Assembly (NCBI GenBank): GCA_963675755.2
Contig: CAXXMD010000003.1
Coordinates: 3,008,001 to 3,072,000, forward strand
Source of the DNA: a bacterium
GTDB lineage: Bacteria; Zhuqueibacterota; Zhuqueibacteria; Residuimicrobiales; Krinioviventaceae
DNA length: 64,000 nucleotides
Reading direction: 5' to 3'
In this document: positions 10,170-19,938 of the stretch, piece after piece
Layout: every line of letters begins with the position of its first letter
Numbering within the stretch: the stretch's first letter is position 1
Program-made: the position numbers and the translations under genes
Notes under the pieces: model-generated
The model's input: the letters and a program-made list of their open reading frames with translations, nothing else
What the model was told of the DNA's origin: nothing
The model's database searches: none

Positions 10170-10997
10170 GTGACCAATGAAAAATATCTGATAGTCAATG
10201 CAGATGATTTTGGACTCACCCCGGCTATTACACAGGGTACCATTAAAAGTATAACTGATGGCATTGTAAACAGTGTTTCAATTGCTGCCAATGGCAGTGA
10301 TTTGGAAACTGCTTGTAATTTTTTAACAGACCACCCGGAAATTTCTCCGGGCTGGCATATTAACCTGACATCCGGAAAGCCAATCAGCGGCAGTTCGGAC
10401 AAGCATCTCTTTAAAGGCAAGAACAATCTATTTACAGCAGCGTTGATGAATCGATTGGATGCTGATTCGGTTAAAAGTGAATTGTTTGCGCAATGGAACC
10501 AATTGAACGCATGGGGTTTAAATATTACCCATGTAGACAGTCATCATGATATACACTTTATGCCGGGTTTACGAGGATTATTAGTTGAATTTATCAAAGA
10601 GTTGGGAATTCCTTTTTTAAGGTATTCCGGTGCCCGGTTGTACAATGTTCCGGTTACAAATATTCTAAAAAATGGTCTGGAATTTGGAATAACAAATTGC
10701 ATTTTAAGGTTATTTTCGATAAAAGACACCCATGATGTTGATTTTATTCAATTTCGTGAGTTATATCAATCCAATAATAAAGCAGATATATTACATTTAT
10801 ATATGAACCGGTTAAAGCCGGGAACAACACTTTGGATTTGTCACCCGGGTTTTTCAGATCCGGAAAATCCAATAAACTTGAACTATAATCACTCAAGACA
10901 ATTTGAAACAGAGGCGTTATGCCTTGACTCTGTTCGTAAAGCGCTGGATAAAAAAAATATTAAATTGGTAAATTACAGAGACGTGATGTATGCTTGA
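10170..10997 (+). CDS. YdjC/ChbG/HpnK-family carbohydrate deacetylase
   Basis: LIVNADDFG, GWHINL, HVDSHH and CHPG motifs; start moved to GTG 10170 to remove overlap with upstream gene. Confidence 0.88.
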   Translation: MTNEKYLIVNADDFGLTPAITQGTIKSITDGIVNSVSIAANGSDLETACNFLTDHPEISPGWHINLTSGKPISGSSDKHLFKGKNNLFTAALMNRLDADSVKSELFAQWNQLNAWGLNITHVDSHHDIHFMPGLRGLLVEFIKELGIPFLRYSGARLYNVPVTNILKNGLEFGITNCILRLFSIKDTHDVDFIQFRELYQSNNKADILHLYMNRLKPGTTLWICHPGFSDPENPINLNYNHSRQFETEALCLDSVRKALDKKNIKLVNYRDVMYA

Positions 10998-12927
10998 TAC
11001 GCAAAAAAATAACCGGTATTCTTTATATCTCTCCGTATTGCTGCTAGCCGGACTATTGGTACGTATTGGTTTGCTCTATATCAGATGGATTAATCCTGAT
11101 GAGGGCGCACACATGATGGATGCCCGCATGGTGCTTGATGGATTACTTCCTATTGTAGACTATGAATCCCGTCAGCCCTTTTATGTATTTTCCATTGCAT
11201 TATTGTTCAAGGTGTTTGGCGTTCATTATTGGGTTGGCAGACTGCTGCCTTTGATTGCGACTTTGGGCACAGGATTCATGATGTTTCTTATTGGCCGACG
11301 AATGTTTAATGATATTGTTGGTTTGCTCGCTTCTGCGGTGTACCTGTTTCTGCCCTTGTCTTTGGCTTGGTCTGTTATTGTGAAAAGCGAGACCCTTGCG
11401 GTCTTTTTAGGCAGTGTTAGCATCTTTTTTGTACTCAGGGCAGTTGACCAAAATGTACGTAATGCAGGCTGGATGATGCTTGCAGGCATGTTTTCAGCAC
11501 TTGCCTATTACTCCCGGCAGCTTTCTATCTATTTACCTGTTATCATTATTTTGTATTTTCTTATACGTAAAGATATGAGGTCAGGGCAAAAAGCCGCACT
11601 GATCTTTCAATACATTTTGGGTTACCTGGCAATATGTGTGACCTTTGGCGGCTTTTATATGCAATCCATGGGATTGCAGGATGTTTTATTTTCGCAATTG
11701 AATCCATTTAATCTGGTTTATTTTAATATTCTGCACATTTTCGGGGCACTTCCCCAGGAATTACAGGTTGCGGAAAGCAGCGGTATCCGTGTGTTGAATC
11801 AGGACATTCAGGTTACCATGACCCAATGGAAACATATTTTTTATTTCACCCTGTACATTCTGGTGGGTGCTTTTGCTGTAGGTGTAAGAATATTTATGGG
11901 AAGTAATAATAAAAATCCAATCAAAGCTGCAATTCAGGAAAAGCGTTACAATTATATTCTACTGCTCCTTTGGATTGTGTTTGTAACTCTGCCTTATGTT
12001 GCTCAATCTTTTGTACGTGGATTTTATACATCGTATTTTATGGAGTTTTTGCCTCCGCTGATATTACTTGCATCGGTATATTTTGAAGTCATTTATCGTA
12101 AAGTCGGTGTAGATTTTTTCAAATTTATGGGATTAGCGTTGGTTAGCTATTATTTCTTTTTCTTTTTACAAAAAGCCATGTGGAAGTTTTACCCTGGAGT
12201 TGGTGTCTATATGCTGTTAGGATCTGTAGCAGCCAGCTTTGGGTTGTTTTTTTTCTCAAGGAAATGGGATTTCAAAGTCCTGTTTGTACTCAATCTGGTT
12301 TCCGCAATCATTATTGGTATATTGAATTACAGCCTGGTGGTTGCAGGTCTTGATCAGTTATTGGCGCTTTTAATTACCATGTTTGTACTTTATTTTGTAA
12401 TCAAATACCTCACTGTTCGTTTGGTATACTATGGTGAAAAAAAGGCAATGGCCGCATTCGTCAGAATTTATATTGTGATTGTAGCATTTGTGATTTCCGG
12501 TGCGTTTTCAGGTTTACATATAGGTCCCAAATACAACAGTGTATGGTCTCCCAAAACAGTAAATGCGGTTGCAAAAAAACTTGATGAATTAAGTCAGGCC
12601 AATGATCAGGTGATGAGTGGTGGTTCGATCTGGGGCGTCTCCCGGATTTTACATCCCTTTATGGGTAAAACCCATCCCACTGAATTTTTAAAACAAGCCT
12701 GGCCCGATTTTGAGCAACAATTTCAGGAGAAAAGACCCCGTTTTATCGTTGTGGATGGGTATACTGAGAAAAAATTCTATCGATTTTGGGATATTATAGA
12801 AAAAGAATTACGTGAAAATTATACAAAAGTCGATGAGTACAAAGACAGCGAGTACCCTGTTATTCTCTATAAACTCAAAGACGAATTAATCCGCTCCGAA
12901 TCATTTCTGGTTTTGCAAAATTCATAA
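10990..12927 (+). CDS. GT-C fold (ArnT/PMT_2-like) membrane glycosyltransferase
   Basis: First-loop NPDEG motif, many TM helices, C-terminal soluble domain. Confidence 0.8.
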   Translation: MLDTQKNNRYSLYLSVLLLAGLLVRIGLLYIRWINPDEGAHMMDARMVLDGLLPIVDYESRQPFYVFSIALLFKVFGVHYWVGRLLPLIATLGTGFMMFLIGRRMFNDIVGLLASAVYLFLPLSLAWSVIVKSETLAVFLGSVSIFFVLRAVDQNVRNAGWMMLAGMFSALAYYSRQLSIYLPVIIILYFLIRKDMRSGQKAALIFQYILGYLAICVTFGGFYMQSMGLQDVLFSQLNPFNLVYFNILHIFGALPQELQVAESSGIRVLNQDIQVTMTQWKHIFYFTLYILVGAFAVGVRIFMGSNNKNPIKAAIQEKRYNYILLLLWIVFVTLPYVAQSFVRGFYTSYFMEFLPPLILLASVYFEVIYRKVGVDFFKFMGLALVSYYFFFFLQKAMWKFYPGVGVYMLLGSVAASFGLFFFSRKWDFKVLFVLNLVSAIIIGILNYSLVVAGLDQLLALLITMFVLYFVIKYLTVRLVYYGEKKAMAAFVRIYIVIVAFVISGAFSGLHIGPKYNSVWSPKTVNAVAKKLDELSQANDQVMSGGSIWGVSRILHPFMGKTHPTEFLKQAWPDFEQQFQEKRPRFIVVDGYTEKKFYRFWDIIEKELRENYTKVDEYKDSEYPVILYKLKDELIRSESFLVLQNS

Positions 12928-12946
12928 AAATCCACTACATTCATCC

Positions 12947-14440
12947 ATGTCGTCGTTAAAACAAAAAACAGTATCTGGTGTCATGTGGACCGGCATTGCA
13001 AAAATGAGCATGCAGCTAGTGTTGCTTGTTGTCATGTTTGTGCTTGCCAGGTTGATCTCGGAAGAGGATTTCGGGATTGTAGCAATGGCAAGTGTTATTA
13101 CCGTAGCTATTGGTATGGTAAATGACCGCGGGCTGGGCACAGCCATCATCCAGAAAAAACAAGTGTCTGAAAGTTTATTATCTACAATGTTTTGGGGCAG
13201 TGTTTTATTTGGAACATTGCTGTTTTTAATTGGCTATGTTACTGCTTATCCGCTTTCTCTTTTTTATAAGGAACCGGTTGTAGTTCCAATTGTAAGAACC
13301 ATGTCACTCGGCTTTTTTATTGGCGGCTTGGGTATTGTGCAAAAGGCCCTGCTTACCAAAGAGATGATGTTTAAAAAACTTGCCATTATTGAAACCGCTG
13401 CGGTTTTGACCAGCGGAATACTGGCTATTATTATGGCGTTTTTAAATACAGGTGTTTGGAGCCTGGTGGTACTAACATTGGGAAGAGATCTTTTTACGGT
13501 TATTCTGGTTTGGTTGTTTTACAAGTGGCGTCCCTCTTTGCATTTTGTCTGGCAGGAATTTAAAGGCGTATTGGGATTCAGCTCAAATGTACTTGCAAAT
13601 GATGTTGCGTTATACCTGGTAACCAATACAGATGTTACCATAATCGGCCGGTTTTTGGGTAAAGCCATGCTGGGTTATTACAGTCTGGCGTTGAACCTGG
13701 TCAAGCTGCCGGTTACCCGTATATCCGGTATCGTTGCGCGGGTTGTTTTTCCTGCATTCTCTGAACTACAGGACGATCTGCCGCGATTCAAAAACAGCTT
13801 TTTGCGCTCCGTAACATTTATCTCATTGGTCACATTCCCATTGTTGGCGGGCCTTGCGGTCTTTGCTAAAGAGTTTATCATAGTTGCTTTGGGTGAAAAG
13901 TGGCTGCCCATGGTATGGCCGTTGATCATTCTGGTTCCCATGGCTATGTTGAAATCGGTTGGCTCTATTAAAGGATCTGTACTGATGGCTTGCGGGCGTC
14001 CGGATATTGAGCTGAAATGGAATTTGGTATATTTTCCGCCCTTAGTAGCTGTTGTATGGTTCGGTACCAAATACGGTCTTGTAGGTGCGGCGGCTGCTTT
14101 TACATTATTTTATATACTGACATTTTTTATAATACAGCATATTACCAATAAACAGATAAACATAAAAATGATCGAGTTTTTAAAAGCGTTATCAGTTAGC
14201 TCCTTTTCGACCGCAATTATGGTTATTTTAGGTATACTCTATAAATTGTTTTTGACGCGATTTTTACATATTAATGATATTATTATACTTGTGACTGGAA
14301 TAATAATTTCTGTTTTAATATATTACATGGTTATAAGGATTCTGAAAAAGGATCTGATAATAGAATTTATGCAAATGTTTAAAAAAGGAACCGGGAAAAA
14401 AATGCAGATAGAGCCAGAAGACGTGATGGTGAGTGAATGA
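12947..14440 (+). CDS. wzx: Wzx (WzxC-like) repeat-unit flippase
   Basis: SLKQKTVSGVMW, LARL..EDFG, GLGTAIIQ and VFPAFS motifs; 12-14 TMs. Confidence 0.9.
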   Translation: MSSLKQKTVSGVMWTGIAKMSMQLVLLVVMFVLARLISEEDFGIVAMASVITVAIGMVNDRGLGTAIIQKKQVSESLLSTMFWGSVLFGTLLFLIGYVTAYPLSLFYKEPVVVPIVRTMSLGFFIGGLGIVQKALLTKEMMFKKLAIIETAAVLTSGILAIIMAFLNTGVWSLVVLTLGRDLFTVILVWLFYKWRPSLHFVWQEFKGVLGFSSNVLANDVALYLVTNTDVTIIGRFLGKAMLGYYSLALNLVKLPVTRISGIVARVVFPAFSELQDDLPRFKNSFLRSVTFISLVTFPLLAGLAVFAKEFIIVALGEKWLPMVWPLIILVPMAMLKSVGSIKGSVLMACGRPDIELKWNLVYFPPLVAVVWFGTKYGLVGAAAAFTLFYILTFFIIQHITNKQINIKMIEFLKALSVSSFSTAIMVILGILYKLFLTRFLHINDIIILVTGIIISVLIYYMVIRILKKDLIIEFMQMFKKGTGKKMQIEPEDVMVSE

Positions 14441-15558
14441 AAATAGCAATTATGGGAATTCGGGGTATTCCGGCAAATTATGGCGGCTTTGAAACCTTTG
14501 CCGAAGAACTGGCACCCCGTTTGGTAAAACGCGGACACGATGTTACGGTTTACGGACGTTCTAATACAATTGATTATGACCAGGAATATTATAAAGGAGT
14601 ACGGATCAAGATCTTGCCGACTATTGGGCACAAGTATCTTGATACGGTCATCCATACGCTTGTTTGCACTTTGTATAGTTTCTTTATAAAGTATGATATG
14701 GTTTTTATCTGCAACAGTGCCAACGCGGCCTTTGCAATATTACCACGATTAATGGGCAAACCCGTTGTATTAAATGTAGATGGACTGGAGTGGAAACGTA
14801 AAAAGTGGAACAAGGCCGGGCAGTTGTTTTACAAGGTTTCTGAGTTTTTAGCAACTTTTTTGCCAACAGCAATCGTTTCGGACGCGCATGATGTGCAGCG
14901 CTACTATGAAAAGAAATTTAATAAAACATCAACATTTATTCCTTATGGTGCACCAGATGGCCCTGTTGATACGACAGATATTTTAAAAGAGCTGGGTATT
15001 GAACCTCGTGATTACATCCTTTATGTCAGCAGAATGGAGCCAGAAAACAATGCTCACAGGGTAGTTAAGGCATTTGAAAATTTAAAAACCGATAAAAAGC
15101 TGGTGATGGTTGGAGATGCTCCTTACAGTAACGATTACATTAAACAATTGAAAAATACCTCAGATAAACGGATTATTTTTACCGGGTATGTCTTTGGTCA
15201 AGGATATCGAGAGTTGCAGAGCAATGCTTATTTTTATGTACAGGCCACAGAGGTTGGAGGTACACACCCGGCTTTGGTTGAAGGAATGGGGTACGGAAAT
15301 TGTGTGTTGGCCAATGATGTGCCCGAGCATCGTGAAGTATTGGGTGAGGCTGGTTTGTTTTATAAAATGAATGATATTGCTGATCTGACTCGTCAGATGC
15401 AACAGTTGTGTGACGATCCTGATAAAGTGGCTCAGTACCGTGATATTGTTAACGATTGGGTACATGCGCGTTTCAGTTGGGACAAGGTAACGAAAGATTA
15501 TGAAAGTTTGTTTTTAAAAGTAAATAGAAATTACAGGAAAAATAATGGCAGATCCTAG
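14437..15558 (+). CDS. GT4 glycosyltransferase (DUF1972 type)
   Basis: GIRGIPANYGGFETF, NVDGLEWKRKKW, EVGGTHPALVE motifs. Confidence 0.9.
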   Translation: MKIAIMGIRGIPANYGGFETFAEELAPRLVKRGHDVTVYGRSNTIDYDQEYYKGVRIKILPTIGHKYLDTVIHTLVCTLYSFFIKYDMVFICNSANAAFAILPRLMGKPVVLNVDGLEWKRKKWNKAGQLFYKVSEFLATFLPTAIVSDAHDVQRYYEKKFNKTSTFIPYGAPDGPVDTTDILKELGIEPRDYILYVSRMEPENNAHRVVKAFENLKTDKKLVMVGDAPYSNDYIKQLKNTSDKRIIFTGYVFGQGYRELQSNAYFYVQATEVGGTHPALVEGMGYGNCVLANDVPEHREVLGEAGLFYKMNDIADLTRQMQQLCDDPDKVAQYRDIVNDWVHARFSWDKVTKDYESLFLKVNRNYRKNNGRS

Positions 15559-16309
15559 AAAACGTTTGTTGATCTTGATTCCTTCGTATAACGAAGAAAA
15601 AAATCTACCACCTGTTTTGCAAAAGCTGTTTGGAGAAATGGATGATTTGGCGGGTAATTATTGGGATATTGAAGTTCTGGTGATTAACGATGGATCAAAA
15701 GATAAAACCGCACAGATTGCAAAAGAAAAAGGTGTCAAAGTTGTATCGTTACCCATCAATCTGGGGTATGGTGCGGCATTGCAGACCGGTTTTAAAATTG
15801 CCCGGGACCAGGATTATGACGCAGTGATCTGTATGGATGCAGATGGCCAGCATCGGCCTGAAGATTTAAAAGTACTTATGAAAGAGTTTCAGGAAAAGAA
15901 ATACAAGGTGATTCTGGGATCACGCTTTGTGACCAACACCGGTTACCAGACCAACATATTCCGGAAAATGGGTATCATGATGTTCAGCCTGGTACTAAAA
16001 ATGTTGTGTGGTAAAAAAATTGCAGATGTTACTACAGGTTTGCAATTGTTAGACAAGCAGGTAGTACGTCTTTTGGCAGAAGAATATCCACATGATTTTC
16101 CTGATACGCAGGTATTGTTAATGCTGTCTCTTGTGGGCTTTGATATCAAAGAAGTTCCGGTCAAAGTTGAACAGCGAATTTACGGGACCTCAATGCATTC
16201 ATCCTTAATGTCTCTGTTGTATCCCTTGCGGAATTCCCTGGCAATCATATTAACCTTGTTGCGGATTGCACAAATCAAACGTAGTGTTATCCAGACGGTA
16301 AGTGAATGA
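15545..16309 (+). CDS. GT2 DPM1/GacI-like polyprenol-phosphate sugar synthase
   Basis: IPSYNEE, NDGSKD, NLGYGAALQTG, MDADGQH, GSRF motifs. Confidence 0.88.
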   Translation: MADPRKRLLILIPSYNEEKNLPPVLQKLFGEMDDLAGNYWDIEVLVINDGSKDKTAQIAKEKGVKVVSLPINLGYGAALQTGFKIARDQDYDAVICMDADGQHRPEDLKVLMKEFQEKKYKVILGSRFVTNTGYQTNIFRKMGIMMFSLVLKMLCGKKIADVTTGLQLLDKQVVRLLAEEYPHDFPDTQVLLMLSLVGFDIKEVPVKVEQRIYGTSMHSSLMSLLYPLRNSLAIILTLLRIAQIKRSVIQTVSE

Positions 16310-17961
16310 AATTGCCATCTGTTCAAAAGATTGGTTCAGAACATATTATACTTGCCGCAATATTATTGCTGGCGGGTATTCTTCGGTTTTATGCCATTTC
16401 TTTTGGGGCTCCGTTTAAATACCATCCCGATGAGGTCAAGCTGGTAGTACAGGCGGGCCATTTCCTCAACACCCGCTTTATCGATCCGAATGTTTATTTT
16501 ATGGGCGGCATATATCCTGTTTTGTTTACGCTTGTACTTGCTGTCTTGATGGGCATTTATATTTTTTTTGTATTACTAACCGGCAGGCTTGAAGGATTTA
16601 GCCAGGCCGCACAATATTATCAAGACCATAGTTTTGAATTCTTTCTGGTGGGACGTTATTTTGTAGCCATTCTGGGTGTATTATCCGTATTTGTACTTTA
16701 CCTGATAGTGAAAAAGTTATTCAAGAGTAACCGGCTTGCGCTTGTGAGTGCGGCATTACTTGCGGTTAATTTTGTGCATGTGCGAAATTCTCATTTCTGC
16801 ACAGTAGATGTTCCGGCTACATTTCTTGCATTGTTGGCAATCTATTACGCTGCTAAGGTATTGCAGCACCCCAGTACTTTTAATTATTTTCTTTCGGCCT
16901 TGCTGACAGCGGCCGCTATTGGTGCAAAATACAGTCTCTTCCCAACAGCATTACCTTTGATCTATGCGCATATTTACCATGCATGGGGTAAACCATTTGA
17001 TTTTAAAAAGCTGTTCAACCTCAAAGCTGTAACCGCAATAGTGACAGCTATTGCAGGATTTTTTATTTTCTGCCCCATGTTTATTATTGATTTTCAGCGT
17101 ACCATGGCGCGGTTGTTTAGATATCAGGCTTTTGAGAAAATTGGCAAGATTGGCAGTGGCGGCAGTTTTTTATCCTATTGGACTGGAGACCAGTCTCCGG
17201 GATTCGGGATGTTTTATCCCAACTCGATTCCCACAACATTTGGTGTATTTTTAACGATATTGATTCTTGTCGGAATTGGTATCCAGCTATATCGACATAA
17301 AAAACAAGATATCTTTTTATTGATTTTTGTATTGCCCATGTATTTTTATTTTGATCATCTGGCATATAAAGCCATGAGGCATATTTTGCCCATCATTCCC
17401 ATTCTGCTTGTGAGTGGGGCCGTTGCATTGGTATGGTTGAGTGAAAACTTGTTTAAAAATCCTGTGCTCAAATTTTCCGCATTGGCGGGTTTACTGTTGG
17501 GTCTGGTTATTTCGGGTACAGTGAGTTCCATGAATTATCTGGATGAAATTCAAAAGACTGATCCCCGTACTGATGCCACCACGTGGATAGAGCAAAATAT
17601 ACCTGCAGGTTCTCGAATTGCAGTTGAAGCGTTTCCTCCGGATATACCGGGTTTATATGAAGAAAATGTAGAAAATGGATACGAAATTACCCGGCTGGAA
17701 TTACAATCCAAGCAGGAATCACTTGCAGACTCGTTAATCAATCGCTTTGAAGAAAAAGAGTTTGATTACTATATTGCCGATGGTTTTACGCGCCAATGGC
17801 TTTCGTGGAAATATACACGTGAAAAATATGCCAAAGTTGTTAAAGACCGATATCAGCTTTTTCAATGGCTGGATACGGATGCAACTATAGCCGCGGAATT
17901 CAGACCGGATAACGAACAAATTCAACCATTTATTATTATATATACATTTATAAATGAATAA
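16306..17961 (+). CDS. GT-C fold (PMT_2-like) glycosyltransferase
   Basis: HPDE loop motif, SHF.TVD, RH.LP..P, WI..NIP.GS.I motifs; polytopic. Confidence 0.82.
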   Translation: MKLPSVQKIGSEHIILAAILLLAGILRFYAISFGAPFKYHPDEVKLVVQAGHFLNTRFIDPNVYFMGGIYPVLFTLVLAVLMGIYIFFVLLTGRLEGFSQAAQYYQDHSFEFFLVGRYFVAILGVLSVFVLYLIVKKLFKSNRLALVSAALLAVNFVHVRNSHFCTVDVPATFLALLAIYYAAKVLQHPSTFNYFLSALLTAAAIGAKYSLFPTALPLIYAHIYHAWGKPFDFKKLFNLKAVTAIVTAIAGFFIFCPMFIIDFQRTMARLFRYQAFEKIGKIGSGGSFLSYWTGDQSPGFGMFYPNSIPTTFGVFLTILILVGIGIQLYRHKKQDIFLLIFVLPMYFYFDHLAYKAMRHILPIIPILLVSGAVALVWLSENLFKNPVLKFSALAGLLLGLVISGTVSSMNYLDEIQKTDPRTDATTWIEQNIPAGSRIAVEAFPPDIPGLYEENVENGYEITRLELQSKQESLADSLINRFEEKEFDYYIADGFTRQWLSWKYTREKYAKVVKDRYQLFQWLDTDATIAAEFRPDNEQIQPFIIIYTFINE

Positions 17962-19729
17962 ATTTTTATTAAAAATTGCCGCAATTTGGGACATGCCCCC
18001 GAAGCGTTTTGTACTGATTGTATCTGTCTTAATACTGATCATTAGAATTGGTTATGTGAGTACCCTGGAGAATACCTGGTACTTTTTTGATACCATACAT
18101 TATGATTCTGCTGCACAACACATTGTAAAAGGGGAGGGCTTTGGTCCCGGTCTACATTATTATAATTTATACAAACAGTATAGTCTTGAACCGGTATATC
18201 CTTTATTTTTAGCAGGAATATACTCGGTGTTTGGGCATTCTTTCCTCGCTGTTCGTATTGCACAATCCATTCTCGGACTGTTAACGCTGCTGTTCCTGTA
18301 TCTGATTGCCAGGAATCTAATGCCTGAACGCTATGCACGGGGAGTGCTTTTGTTTGGCGGCGTATATCCATTTTTTGTTTATATTGCCGGATTATTATAT
18401 GCGACCCAGATTTTTACATTTTTTATCGTCTTGGGTATTTGGATCTTTATAGAGTACTTTAAAAATCCTCGCTTATGGTTAATGTTAGCCGGTGGAATTG
18501 TTTTGGGGTTGGCGGTTTTATCTATTCCTGTATATGTTGTAGCGTTACCCTTGTTTGTATTATGGGTTTTCATTTTCAGCAAGCAAACTTATTCAAAACG
18601 CTTTACTGCTGCACTGGTACTGGGGGCAAGCATTGTGTTGATTCTGATCCCATGGACAGTTAGAAATTATTTGGTGTTTCATGAAATAAAGTACGCGCGC
18701 GCATTCATTCCACAGGAAGAAGCTTTTTCTCAAGTTTTCTGGAAAATAGAAAGGGAAAAATCGTTACAAAAAGAAGAACTGGATGTTAAAAACTTTTCTT
18801 TTTATTATTACGAACAGAACGACAAGAGCTATCTTGACTGCTTTATAAACAATAAACATTTTTTCACGCTTAATCCTTACAAGAAATTATCAATACCCGA
18901 CAGTGGTTATTATAATGGTTTAATGTTCTTTGGCAAAAGAAAAATCTATGTTAAAGAAAATAGTTTTAATGAAAGAAAGATTGTGGGGCAGGATACTCTA
19001 CAAACAAGTATTTGGGATTCAAAGTCTGCTATTGATCTCGTAACACAATCCGAAACCGTTAAAACTGAAAACCAGCAAATCGTTTATCAGGGACATGAAA
19101 GAGGTTGGGATAAACCTGTTTTTGTGCAAAAATTAAATACTGCCAATTTCTTTGATGTGCATTATGAGAAGCCCTTGTCACCCAAATATGTGAACCGGGT
19201 GGCAATGCTTGTTTTTATGGATAGCATGGAAGCGGATGGTGATGGATATATGGTATGGTTGCACCCCTGGTTGGAACCGGATCTTTGGCACATTAAAGAC
19301 CAGAAACCTGACAGCAGTGTAGCTGTATTAAAATCATTTGCTGATGGTAGAAGCATTAACTTGATGTATCTGTTAAAGAATTACCCTAACGAATATATTT
19401 TTAAACATTATATCCCGGAATTTATTAATTTCTGGTCTCCCGGAATTGCACGAATTTCTTCCAAGGAAAGGGTGCCTGGCTTAAAAATACAGATCGTTGC
19501 CATTGCAAGTTTTGCTCCGATATTATTATTAATGCCCTTTGGCATATGGGCCGCAAGAAAAAAATGGCGTTCATTGATTTTGTATTTAATACCCATACTC
19601 ACCTTGTCTGCAGGATATTCACTGTTTTTTACAGAAACCCGTTATCGTATCCCCATTGACGGATTTGTGATACTTTTTGCATTTGTGGGTGCAAGCTGGT
19701 TAATATTACGATTGAAAAAGCGTGCTTGA
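17954..19729 (+). CDS. GT-C fold (PMT_2-like) glycosyltransferase with large periplasmic beta-rich insertion
   Basis: D...Y...A, P.YPLFLA, PWTVRN and RYRIP motifs; about 200-aa soluble insert. Confidence 0.8.
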   Translation: MNKFLLKIAAIWDMPPKRFVLIVSVLILIIRIGYVSTLENTWYFFDTIHYDSAAQHIVKGEGFGPGLHYYNLYKQYSLEPVYPLFLAGIYSVFGHSFLAVRIAQSILGLLTLLFLYLIARNLMPERYARGVLLFGGVYPFFVYIAGLLYATQIFTFFIVLGIWIFIEYFKNPRLWLMLAGGIVLGLAVLSIPVYVVALPLFVLWVFIFSKQTYSKRFTAALVLGASIVLILIPWTVRNYLVFHEIKYARAFIPQEEAFSQVFWKIEREKSLQKEELDVKNFSFYYYEQNDKSYLDCFINNKHFFTLNPYKKLSIPDSGYYNGLMFFGKRKIYVKENSFNERKIVGQDTLQTSIWDSKSAIDLVTQSETVKTENQQIVYQGHERGWDKPVFVQKLNTANFFDVHYEKPLSPKYVNRVAMLVFMDSMEADGDGYMVWLHPWLEPDLWHIKDQKPDSSVAVLKSFADGRSINLMYLLKNYPNEYIFKHYIPEFINFWSPGIARISSKERVPGLKIQIVAIASFAPILLLMPFGIWAARKKWRSLILYLIPILTLSAGYSLFFTETRYRIPIDGFVILFAFVGASWLILRLKKRA

Positions 19730-19878
19730 AATATTAACTGTTTTTGATGTAGGTGTTTGAGATTTTCATAAATTATTGTACATTAGCAGTTCTGGATTCA
19801 TACAAGACTATGACCAGTATATTATCTGGTATAAATATTGCGCTTTAATGTAAAATATGTTGTTCTTTTTTGTTTTTA

Positions 19879-19906
19879 TTGACTTTATGCGTTGAAATTG
19901 TATTTT
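19879..19906 (+). promoter_or_regulatory. Possible sigma70 promoter upstream of wzy
   Basis: TTGACT-16 nt-TATTTT in a 209-bp AT-rich gap; resembles the tRNA promoter. Confidence 0.35.
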
Positions 19907-19938
19907 GAATTGTTTCACACAAAGACATTGTATCAATT

